A DNA stretch of 54,955 nucleotides, from positions 305,927-360,881 of the forward strand of contig KV454017.1 in assembly GCA_001661245.1 (NCBI GenBank), given 5' to 3'. Made by a program: the position numbers and the translations under genes. The notes under the pieces were generated by a model. It saw only the letters and a program-made list of their open reading frames with translations, was not told the origin of the DNA and searched no databases. Positions within the stretch are counted from its first letter, which is position 1. Every line of letters starts with the position of its first letter. Positions 11,554-22,007 of the stretch are shown piece by piece. This DNA is from Pachysolen tannophilus NRRL Y-2460. Lineage: Eukaryota.

Positions 11554-12867
11554 ATGACGGAATCGATTTTGATAGTTGGTTGTGGTGTGTTTGGTTTATC
11601 AACAGCTGTTCATTTGGCTGAAAGAGGTGGTTATCAAGTTACTGCTATTGATTTGCTTCCAGTTCCTTCACAGTTTTCAGCTGCTAATGATTTTAACAAG
11701 ATAATAAGATGTGAATATACGGATTTCATCTATACGAAGATGGCAGTAGAAGCTATGAAACTTTGGAGATCAGATCCTATCTTTAAAGGAATATATTCAG
11801 AGTGTGGAAGAATTTTAATTACACCGGAACTTCATGTTGGTAGAAAAGAATTTGAAGAAGAAAGTATTAAGAATTTACAAAAAATTCCAGGAGAAGGCCG
11901 AAAGTTGGAATATTTTAAAGGTGGGAATGATCTTGCTAATAGATTTGATTTTTTAAATCTTAATTCTGTTAGCGAAACTACTGAAATCAAATGGAACCCA
12001 GAAGCTGGGTTGGCTCATGCTGCTAATTCATTAATAGCTTTATACAATAAAGCTGTCGATTTGGGTGTTAAGTTTATATTTGGTAAATCAGGAGAAGCCA
12101 TAAGGACTGTTTCTAAAAAAAATGGTAGAGATTATATTATAACAAAAGATGGTACGGAATATACAGCAGATAAAATTATTATATCTGCAGGCGCTTCAAC
12201 TGGGTTTATTGTTGATTTGAACCATCAACAATCTGCTACAGGTTTATTTGTTACTCATATTAAGCTTACACCACAAGAATATGAAAAATTTAAAAATATT
12301 CCAATTTTGTTTGATGCCGAAATGGGATATTTCTTCCCACCTGATTCAAAGACTCATGTTTTAAAAATTGCATTACCTGGTTCAGGTGCTTCAAACTTGG
12401 TGACAAGTCCTCATGATGAAAATGAAAAAATATCGTTACCAAGATACAAATTGGATTGTCCTACTGATACCATACCTTATATGGCAATAAGACAAGCAAG
12501 GCTGCTTTTGAAAAAATTTGTTCCAGAATTAGAAGATCATGAGTTGTTCAATAGCAAAGCATGTTGGATAGCAGATACTTCCGATTCACATTTTATCATT
12601 GATAAAGTTCCAAATTCCAAGAATTTATACGTTGCTACAGGAGACAGTGGACATGGTTTCAAATTTTTACCAAACATCGGAAAATACATTGTTGACAAGT
12701 TAGAAGGAAAGCTAGACCCAGAAATGGAATATTCCTGGCAGTGGAAACAAGATAGACCAGAGTTTGATCCCAATATGTGCAGCTGGAGAGTTGGAAGTGG
12801 AAACTTGGATTTTTCAGAAATCGAGTGGGCCAGAGAAGATGATAAGGGATGTATTATTAAATTGTGA
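11554..12867 (+). CDS. FAD-dependent oxidase of the sarcosine/pipecolate/saccharopine/fructosyl-amino-acid oxidase family
   Basis: IVGCGVFGLSTA Rossmann motif, SAANDFNKIIR, GYFFPP, CW at the expected flavinylation site, ATGDSGHGFKFLP. Confidence 0.9.
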   Translation: MTESILIVGCGVFGLSTAVHLAERGGYQVTAIDLLPVPSQFSAANDFNKIIRCEYTDFIYTKMAVEAMKLWRSDPIFKGIYSECGRILITPELHVGRKEFEEESIKNLQKIPGEGRKLEYFKGGNDLANRFDFLNLNSVSETTEIKWNPEAGLAHAANSLIALYNKAVDLGVKFIFGKSGEAIRTVSKKNGRDYIITKDGTEYTADKIIISAGASTGFIVDLNHQQSATGLFVTHIKLTPQEYEKFKNIPILFDAEMGYFFPPDSKTHVLKIALPGSGASNLVTSPHDENEKISLPRYKLDCPTDTIPYMAIRQARLLLKKFVPELEDHELFNSKACWIADTSDSHFIIDKVPNSKNLYVATGDSGHGFKFLPNIGKYIVDKLEGKLDPEMEYSWQWKQDRPEFDPNMCSWRVGSGNLDFSEIEWAREDDKGCIIKL

Positions 12868-13291
12868 TTTTCTTTTTTAAAAAAAAAAATAAAAAATAGA
12901 TAAGAACCAATCTACCAGACAGATAATAAAAAATATCGTATTATTCTCTACACGTTTCATTTGAACTAAAATCTCGCTATCTAAATTCTTATCCGACTCT
13001 TTGGTGTTTAACTGATACACTTGTTCCGTCTACTAGATGATGGATGATATTTCTCACTAGTGTTTTTAAACGTACTATTTTATGCATTTTTTGCAGGTGT
13101 TCTTATCGGGGTTTCAAGCTAAAGAGGTCAAGGCAACTTGAAGCGCCCAACCTTCTTTTGATATTTGCCGTCTATGTTGTAAAATGTAGTTATTATCGTT
13201 TGTAAGTAGCCATATTTAATCTCGCTGACTACCTAGACTTATTCTATAGATGTAGTTGGGTATCACATTAGAAGTGTTAAAAGAAAAAGAG

Positions 13292-16200
13292 ATGACTATT
13301 GCTGGAAACATAAAAATTGCTATTGATGTATGTGTAATTTTGAATTGGTTTTTTTTTTTTTGAATTATTCATCTGGACTAACAGGATTTTAAACTTATAG
13401 CGTGGTGGAACGTTTACTGATGTGCTTGCTATAATTCCAGGTAAAGAAGACTATGTTTTCAAATTGTTATCTGTTGACCCTTCGAATTATAAAGATGCTA
13501 ATATTGAAGGTATAAGAAGAGTATTGGAATATGCTACTGGTGAAAAGATTTCACGTGGAGTTCCATTAGATACTTCTAAGATTGAGAATATTAGACTTGG
13601 AACCACTGTAGCAACTAATGCGTTATTGGAGAGGAAAGGTGTTAGGTTTGCTTTATTGGTGACAAAAGGTTTCAAAGATTTATTACACATTGGTAATCAA
13701 TCACGTCCTAATTTATTTGATTTGAATATTCGTAAACCAGGTGTCTTGTATGAAAAAGTGATTGAAATTGAAGAAAGAGTTACTTTACCTGCTTTTTCAG
13801 AAGATTCTACAGGGTATCAAGCAAATGATTTGGTTGATAATGAAAAATATATCTTTGGTGAAACTAAAGAAGTGATTCAGATTGTAAAGCCTTTAAATAT
13901 CGAGAAATCTACTAAAGATTTAATTGAATTAAAAAATATTGGTATTAACTCAATAGCTATTTGTCTTGTTCATGGGTATAATTATCAGGAGCACGAGAAG
14001 ACATTAGGTGAGATTGCCAGAAAAATTGGATTCAAAAATATCTCTTTATCTCATGAGTTGTTACCAATGATCAAAGTGGTTAATAGAGGTCATTCAACAT
14101 GTATTGATGCATACCTTACTCCAATAATAAAATTGTACATTGAAAACCTTTTAAGTGGATTTCAAAAAGATTTTTACAAGTATACAAGAGTTGAATTTAT
14201 GATGTCCGATGGTGGTTTATGCCAATATGATAAATTCACTGGTTTGAAAGCTTTACTTTCAGGGCCTGCAGGTGGAGTTGTTGGTCATGCTCAAACTTGC
14301 TATGATCCTGAAGAAGGAACTTATACAATTGGGTTTGATATGGGTGGTACTTCAACAGACGTATCCAGATATTCAGGTGTTTATGATCATATTTTTGAAA
14401 CAACTACTGCTGGTATCAAAATAGCAGCTCCACAATTAGATATTAATACTGTTGCTGCAGGTGGAGGATCAATCTTAAAATACGAAAACGGGATTTATTT
14501 AGTTGGTCCTGAATCGGCTGGAGCTCATCCAGGTCCTGCTTGTTACCGTAAAGGTGGACCTCTAACGGTAACTGATGCAAATTTAATGTGTTCAAGAATA
14601 TTACCGGAGTTCTTCCCGAAGATTTTTGGGAAGAATGAAAATCAAGAATTAGATAAAGAAATTGTTAGACAAAAATTTCAAGATTTGGCTGATTTGATTA
14701 ATTCAGATCACCCTGAAGTTAATGCAAGATCTCCTTATGATATAGCTTTGGGGTTTTTAAAAGTTGCCAATGTTGCAATGGCTAAACCTATAAGGCAATT
14801 GACTGAAAATAAAGGTTTTGACGTTTCGAAACATAATTTAGCTTCTTTTGGAGGAGCTGGTGGTCAACATGCAAACTCATTGGCCAAGGTATTGAAAATG
14901 AAGAGAATCGTTATTCATAAATATTCATCGATTTTGTCTGCCTATGGAATTGCTTTGGCGGATGTTGTTCATGAAGCTCAAGAGCCGGCTTCTGCAGTGT
15001 ACTCATTAGACATTAAGCATAATCTATTGGCAAAATGTGAAATATTGAAGCAAAAGGTGAATAAAGAATTACTATCCCAAGGTGTAACTCCAGATATTGT
15101 TAATTACGACATTTTTTTCAACATGGGATATAAAGGGTCCGATTCTAGTTTAATGATTATGGATGAAAAGGGAGAAAAAGACTTTGATTTCCTCGAGAAA
15201 TTTTATCTTGTTCACCAAAGACAATTTTCCTTTAACGATAAAAGCAGAGAAGTCATTGTTAATGATATTAGGGTAAGAGGTAGCGGTAATATCAATAAGG
15301 TTAAGGAAAGATCACCTTTCAAAGATTTACTTGAGGTTGAGAAACATCAAGTTTCCAAGGGTATAGAAAAATTGAGTTGTCCGATCTACTTTGAAGAAGG
15401 ATTTTTGGATTCAAAGGTATATTTCCTAAACGACATTGGGATTGGAAGTATTATAGTAGGTCCAGCTTTAATTATAGATGCTACTCAAACCATTTTAGTT
15501 GAACCAGGATCAAAATTGACTATTTTACCCAGACATTTGATTATGGATTTATCAGAGGAAAGTCCAAATGTGGAGTTTAGTCAATCTCATGTTGATCCAG
15601 TTCAATTGTCAATTTTTTCACATAGATTTATGTCAATTGCAGAGTCTATGTGTACAACATTACAAAAGATATCAGTTAGTGCTAATATAAAAGAGAGAAT
15701 GGACTTTAGTTGCGCTCTATTTGATGAAGAGGGAAATTTGGTTGCTAACGCTCCTGCAGTTCCAGTTCATTTAAGTTCAATGTCATTTGCTGTTAAGTTC
15801 CAGATCAAGTATTGGGACGGTAATATAAATGAAGGTGATATTTTGGCCACAAATCATCCCAAAGCTATGGGCACACATCTACCAGACATCACCCTTATAT
15901 CTCCAATATTTGTTGATGGTCATATAAGATTTTACGTTGGTTCTCGTGCACATCATGCTGAGATTGGGGGTACTAAACCAGGATCTATGGATTCTTCTGC
16001 TACAGGACTAGATCAAGAAGGTGCAAAATTTGTTGCCTGGAAAGTAGTCAGCAAAAGCCAATTTGATTATGATGGAGTACAAAAATATTTCATTGAAGAA
16101 CCAAATTCTTACCCTGGATCTTCTCCTTCCAGAAAAGTTGCTGATAACATCTCGGATATCAAGGCTCAAATTGCTTCTAATAGAAAGGGAATTGATTTAT

Positions 16201-17315
16201 TGAGAGATGTGTTTACTGAGTTTGGTACAGACGTTGTCTTATTCTATATGAGAGCAATTAAGGATACTTCTGAAATTGCAGTTAGAAAATTCTTACAAAA
16301 ACTTGCCAGGGAAAATAGACATAGGTTACCGTTAACTTCAGTTGATTATATGGATGATGGTGCTCAAATTGCAATAAAAATTGACATTAATGAAGAGGAT
16401 GGCTCTGCAATTTTTGATTTCACAGGTACTTCTGAGGAAGCTTATAATTGCTATAATGCTCCTCGTGCTATCACATATGCTTGTATAACATACTGCTTAC
16501 GATGTCACATTACTGAGGGAGACCTACCTTTAAATGAAGGTGTCTTGGCTCCAATCAAAGTGATTATTCCTGAAGGAACCATTTTAAACCCAAGTGAAAC
16601 TGCTGCAGTTTCAGCAGGTAATGGCAATACTTCTCAAAAAATTACTGACACAATTTTGAAAGCTTTTGGAACTGTTGCGGCTTCTTACGGTTGCATGAAT
16701 GCTATATGTTTTGGACAAGGTGGTAATGACAAGAATGGGAAATTTATACGAGGTTTTGGGTTTTGCGAAACAATTGGAGGTGGTTCTGGTGCTGGTAATG
16801 GGTTTAATGGGTTCAGTGGTACTCAATGCCACATGACAAATACTTTAATGACCGATCCAGAGGTCTTAGAGAAGAGGTATCCTTGCATCTTATTACAATT
16901 TTCTGTCCGTGAAGGAACTGGAGGTAAAGGTAAGTGGCATGGAGGCAATGGTCTTATAAGAGAATTACAATTTACTTCACAATGCCATGCTTCTGTGTTA
17001 ACACAGCGTAGAACTTACGAACCTTACGGAATGGCAGGTGGCAAACCTGGCAAAAGAGGTGCAAACAGATTAGGAAGATGTCAAAAAGATGGAAGAATTG
17101 TTTGGAAATATCTAGGTTCCAACGCAGAGATTGAATTAAACATAGGTGATGTTCTCAAGATATCCACTCCAGGAGGTGGTGGGTACGGGAAACCTCAAGC
17201 AAGGACCCAAACGACCCAAACTCAACAAGAGAACCCCAATGAACTGTTCTACAAATTCCCAAGGTCAAGCGGCAGTCTAGCTCAGCTACAAGAAGCATTA
17301 TCTACTTCTCAATAG
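13292..17315 (+). CDS. OXP1: ATP-dependent 5-oxoprolinase (hydantoinase A/B fusion); 2 exons (13292-13327, 13401-17315)
   Basis: MTIAGNIKIAID|RGGTFTD restored by intron 13328-13400 (GTATGT, GACTAAC, TAG). GTTVATNALLERKG, GFDMGGTSTDVSR, NIKERMDFSCALF, TPGGGGYG. Confidence 0.93.
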
Positions 17316-17523
17316 ATATTCGTAGTTATTTGTATTGGTTCACTTAATTTAGTTAGTAAATAAAAGTCGTTTTCTTTGTATCAATGGCCCCTTGCTAGTT
17401 GATAATAAATTAAATCATGTTTACCATTTTAATTAATAAATAATAGATTTCAATTAAGTTGCCACCCAGGTGATTAATCATTGTATTTTACAGTTTATAT
17501 CAATAGAGTAAGGGATAGATATA

Positions 17524-19078
17524 ATGTCAAAGGTACCAGGTAAGTTTTCATTTTTTTTTTTTTCAAAAAACTTTTATGTTTGGAAGGAATTGAAATTGAT
17601 TTAATGCTAACTTTTTATTTGCAGTGAAAATTAAAAATGCCGGTAAGACCTATGAGGTTGATGTTGATTTGAGCGAACCGGGGTTGACTTTTAAGCTTCA
17701 GATTTCTTCGTTAACAGGTATTCAACCGGAAAGGCAAAAGGTTTTGTTGAAAGGAGGTCAATTGAAAGATGACTCTGATATGAAAGATTTTAATTTGAAG
17801 CCAAATCAAGTTATTATGGTCTTGGGTACTCCAGATGATAAACTTCCAAAGAAACCAATTGAAAAAACAGTATTTGTTGAAGATTTGGAAGAAGAGAATA
17901 AATTGATTAATTTTAGTGATGAACCTTCAGGTTTGGTTAATCTTGGAAATACTTGTTATTTAAATAGTTCTTTACAATCTTTATTTACAGTTAAAGAAAT
18001 TACACAACGTTTATCAAACATTTCTAAGAATAATGGTACTTTGATAAATTCTAATCATCAAAATTTTATTACATTTTTGGGGCAGTTATTTGATAAGATG
18101 GCTAAAAAAGAAACTAAGATTACTCCTTTAAATTTCTTGACCACATTAAGAACAACTTTTCCTCAATTTAGTGAAATGTCTGATCATGGTTTTTATAAAC
18201 AACAAGATGCTGAAGAAGCATTTTCTCAAATTTTATCAACATTATTACAAAATATTAAAGATTTGGATAATTTTTTCAAAATTGAATTTAAGACTAGAAC
18301 AAAATGTCTTGAAACAGATGAAGAACCAGTGATTGGTTTTGAAGATTCTTTAAAATTAGATTGTCATATTTCAATTAATACAAATTTCTTGAAAGATGGA
18401 TTAATGAAAAATTTAAAAGAAAAAATTGAAAAACGTAATGAATTATTAGATAAAAATGCAACTTATGAAGTTTCTAGAAAAATTGTTAAATTACCAAAAT
18501 ATTTAACTGTACATTTTGTTAGATTTTTTTGGAAAAGAGAAACAAATAAAAAATCTAAAATCTTAAGGAAAGTTCAATTTCCAATGCAATTAGATTTAGC
18601 TGATATGTTGGATGATGATATTAAACAACAAAAATGTGAATTTAGAGATAAAATTTATAATGTTGAAAAGGAAAATGAAGAAGAAGCAAAAGAATTGAAA
18701 AAGAAGAAAAAAAATAATTTCCATATTGAAACAATGGCACAATTTGATAAAGAACAATCTGAATCTAAAAAACTTCAAGAAAAATGGGCTTCAAATTTTA
18801 AAAAAGCATTTCCTCCAGATTTTGATCCTAATTGTGGTGAAAATCCATCATCATTATATGAGTTGAGATCTATAATCACCCATCAAGGCTCTAGTGCAGA
18901 TTCTGGACATTATCAATGTTTTGTTAAGGATGAAACAGATTTATCTGGAGATAAATGGTGGAAATTCAATGATGATAAAGTCAGTGTCGTTAACAGAGAA
19001 AAAATTGATCAGCTAGCTGGTGGAGGAGAAGGTGATAGCGCTTTGATCTTGATGTATAAAGCTGTAGGTTTAGAATAA
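17524..19078 (+). CDS. UBP6: Proteasome-associated ubiquitin hydrolase with N-terminal UBL; 2 exons (17524-17539, 17625-19078)
   Basis: UBL (PERQKVLLKGG), Cys box GLVNLGNTCYLNS, QQDAEE, His box HQGSSADSGHY. Intron 17540-17624 (GTAAGT, TGCTAAC, CAG). Confidence 0.95.
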
Positions 19079-19247
19079 TTTTTTAATTGTATCTATGATA
19101 TTTATTTATCAAAGTTTTTTTTTTTTTTTTTCAAAAATTGTTTACACAAAAATTTCATCTGGTAAAAAAAAAAAAAGAATATAAATGAAATGAAATAAAA
19201 TGAAATGAAAAGACATTTATGGAAATGTGAAAGAATATTAGATAATG

Positions 19248-19533
19248 TTATAATTTATCAACCAATTTTTTAAATGCTTCCGCTTCTTCCCAACAATTCA
19301 ATGGCTTACCCTTATTATCTTTTAAGCATTGTAAAATATTTGATTTAGCATTCTTTAAATCGTCACTAATTTGTGGTTTAGTATTATTAATAGCTTCCAA
19401 TTTTTTCGTAATTTCATTCAATTGTTCATTAACTTTTGATACAGATTTCCCATCATCTTTAACATCATCATTTTGTGATTTATTCAATGATTTATTCAAA
19501 TTTTCTAAAGCATCTTTTTCTAATTGTTTCAAT
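19248..19533 (-). CDS. MIC19: MICOS subunit Mic19, 3' half (detached from its 5' half in this assembly)
   Basis: C-terminal CLKDNKGKPLNCWEEAEAFKK CX10C motif. No ATG of its own. Convergent with UBP6 as in S. cerevisiae (recalled synteny). Confidence 0.85.
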
Positions 19534-20215
19534 TTATAGCTTCTTTCGAATTATGTTGTCTGGAATGGTTATTGCGGCTCAAGCTTGGATTTTTTTTAGT
19601 ATTTTTTTTATCTTATTTCATTTTATTTCATCTTATTCAAGACGAGGCTTCGAAACCTCATTTCCATTTTTATCAGATTTCCAAAAACGATACTATATTC
19701 ATATTTAGTTTCTATTTCCGCTTCCATTTGTATTGAATACGGGCTTGGTAATATAAGCTTTGAGGTTAGTAAAAAAAATCCTGTATTCTGTGGAAAGCTG
19801 ATAAAATAAGTGAAACGAGAAGATGACCTCAATTTAATTCCAATTGTTTTACCTATATCGTAGAATTTTACAAAAAAAAAAAAAAAACACTTTCACACAC
19901 TCTTTCCCCACAACTCTGTTATTTGTCATAAAATATCTCTCAATGGGCTCCAACTACATCTCCAAGACTATATAATCAACTATAACTTTTGGTCAATTGG
20001 TTAATAGAAAATGGCTTTTAAAACCGGGTCGTGCGTGGTTTTACCAAGTTTTGTGTTTTGATGTTCTTGATTGGGTGAATTGAGCAAAATAACAAATGAA
20101 AAATAAATGAATGAAAAACCTATGAATGAAAAGTACAACTAAAAGGTGAGGTGAGGTTCGGTAAGGAAGGTTATAAAAGGAATATTATCTTTATAGAAAT
20201 ATAGAATAATTTGCA

Positions 20216-20460
20216 ATGGGGTCATCAGCTTCTAAACCAGAAGAAACGAAAACGTTTATACCAAGTGCACCAGTTGAATTTAGTCCGTCATTATTATCTC
20301 AATTAGATTCTTCAGTTGAAGTAAGTTTGTTTCGTTTTTTTTTTTTTTTTTAAAGAATCTAGTTTTACTAATATATTTTACAATTTAGTCTGATTATACT
20401 CGTTCTCAATATGCAGAGAATTATATTCATCAAAGAGTTAATAAAGATAAAATTAAGTAA
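20216..20460 (+). CDS. MIC19: Mic19 5' half (exons 20216-20320 and 20389-~20447), on the opposite strand to its 3' half; absent from the ORF track
   Basis: MGSSASKPEETKTFIPSAPVEFSPSLLSQLDSSVE|SDYTRSQYAENYIHQRVNK, with myristoylation-type start and SQLDSSxESDY motif. Intron 20321-20388 (GTAAGT, TACTAAT, TAG). TATAAAA at 20172. Confidence 0.85.
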
Positions 20461-20624
20461 ATAAAAAGTTCAAAGCCTATGGCTTTGTCATGTCAAGCCA
20501 AATCCAAGCCAAATCCAAGCCAATTGCCAAGTTCAATAACAATAAAAATAAAAATAAAAAAAGTTATGAGGAATCTTAATTTAGAAAAAAGTAAAGATTG
20601 TATCAAACAATATTAATAATCTTT

Positions 20625-21542
20625 TCATAAATCTTGTAGGAAACTACAAGCAGAGTCGATAAGAATCTTGAGTGCATCTTTATCTGAACCAGGTCCTACG
20701 TTATGTTTTGCACCAGGAACAACTTTTGAATATCTTGACCAAAATTGTGGATCCATTGTTTCTTTCCAACCATCGATTAATTTTTGTTTATCAACATGAT
20801 CAGGTACACATTCATCATTACCGGAATATAACACTAATAAAGGTTTTTTAATATTACCAAAAATTGGTGTCAAATATTCTTTTGTTAAGTCACTTGAGAA
20901 AAAATCATCATCTCCTCCAACTTCTGCTAATGATAACCAACGATAAGCTGAAACTGGTGCACCTAAAAATGCATCTGAAAATTTCTTTGGTAAAGTATGT
21001 TCTGATTTCCCCTGTTTTATATATTCTCTTGCTTCTGCACTATATTCAGCAATCTTTTCCTTATTGAAAAAAGTTGAAATTGCTTCTCTATCTGATGCTG
21101 GTGCTTGTAAAATACCTCCATCAACTTCCATATCTTTTGAAGTTTTTGTAAATTTAGATAAATATTGAACTGTATCTTGACAACCAGTAGAATGACCAAA
21201 TAAAACTACTTGGCTCCTATTACCACCTCTTTCAGACCTTAGATATTGAACTAATAAACTGATCTCATCTGCATCTCTTTTCAATGAACCTGTTCCCCAA
21301 CCAGTATATGAAGACGAAAAAAGTATTTGAACTAAACTCCAACCTATGCCATCTAAACCTTCGGCAAGTTTTGGCAAATATGGTACAGTTAACAAACCAT
21401 CAGTTAAGCCACCAATAAATAAAACAACTTTCTTAGATTGAATTCCAGATTTTTTATTTGTAAATTCGAAAGCAGTTAGTCTCGGAGCATACTCATGTAC
21501 TAAACCAGATTGTGGTTCTAAAATTGTAATTACTTGTTGCAT
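20625..21542 (-). CDS. Alpha/beta hydrolase, DUF1749/UPF0613 family
   Basis: LFIGGLTDGL, GHSTGCQD nucleophile elbow, ILQAPASDRE, DDDFFSSDL, GAKH. Start taken at first ATG. Confidence 0.85.
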   Translation of the reverse strand: MQQVITILEPQSGLVHEYAPRLTAFEFTNKKSGIQSKKVVLFIGGLTDGLLTVPYLPKLAEGLDGIGWSLVQILFSSSYTGWGTGSLKRDADEISLLVQYLRSERGGNRSQVVLFGHSTGCQDTVQYLSKFTKTSKDMEVDGGILQAPASDREAISTFFNKEKIAEYSAEAREYIKQGKSEHTLPKKFSDAFLGAPVSAYRWLSLAEVGGDDDFFSSDLTKEYLTPIFGNIKKPLLVLYSGNDECVPDHVDKQKLIDGWKETMDPQFWSRYSKVVPGAKHNVGPGSDKDALKILIDSACSFLQDL

Positions 21543-22007
21543 TATCAAAAAATTTTTTTTTGCCAATTACTCAAAACATGAAAACCCAATTAACAACAAT
21601 TATATATCAATTTTGTTGGTTAATATCACTATCAATAATATTTATAGTATTAGTTTACTATATAGAGAGTCCTTTATTGTTTGATAATTATAATTTCTTA
21701 TCTAGGCACAAAAAAAAAAAAAGAACTGCAAAAAAAAGATCTAGATTGCTTAATCGATGCACAAATTACAAGATATAAGAAAGTTATAGATTGATTAACA
21801 ACTTAGTAGTAACTAATTAATGCATATATATATCCTTAATTATGCCATTCTATATACAATATATATGCTAAACCCCGAAAAATTCAAGACTAAAAAAAAA
21901 ATGAAAACCCCCTTTATAAAATGAACCTAATAATAATAAAAAAATAAAAATAAAAAAAAAATGCCAATAAATAAATTATTTGAATGAATACGTTTTGCTC
22001 TAAAAAT

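Noticed and set aside
9257..17315. Recent bacterial horizontal transfer of the cluster
   Set aside because: Two of the three genes carry spliceosomal introns and the proteins look fungal. Fungus-to-fungus transfer remains untested.
19623..19855. Spliced protein gene on minus using TACTAAC at ~19765
   Set aside because: The donor would be a weak GTAAAA and the downstream frame is short with no recognisable motif.
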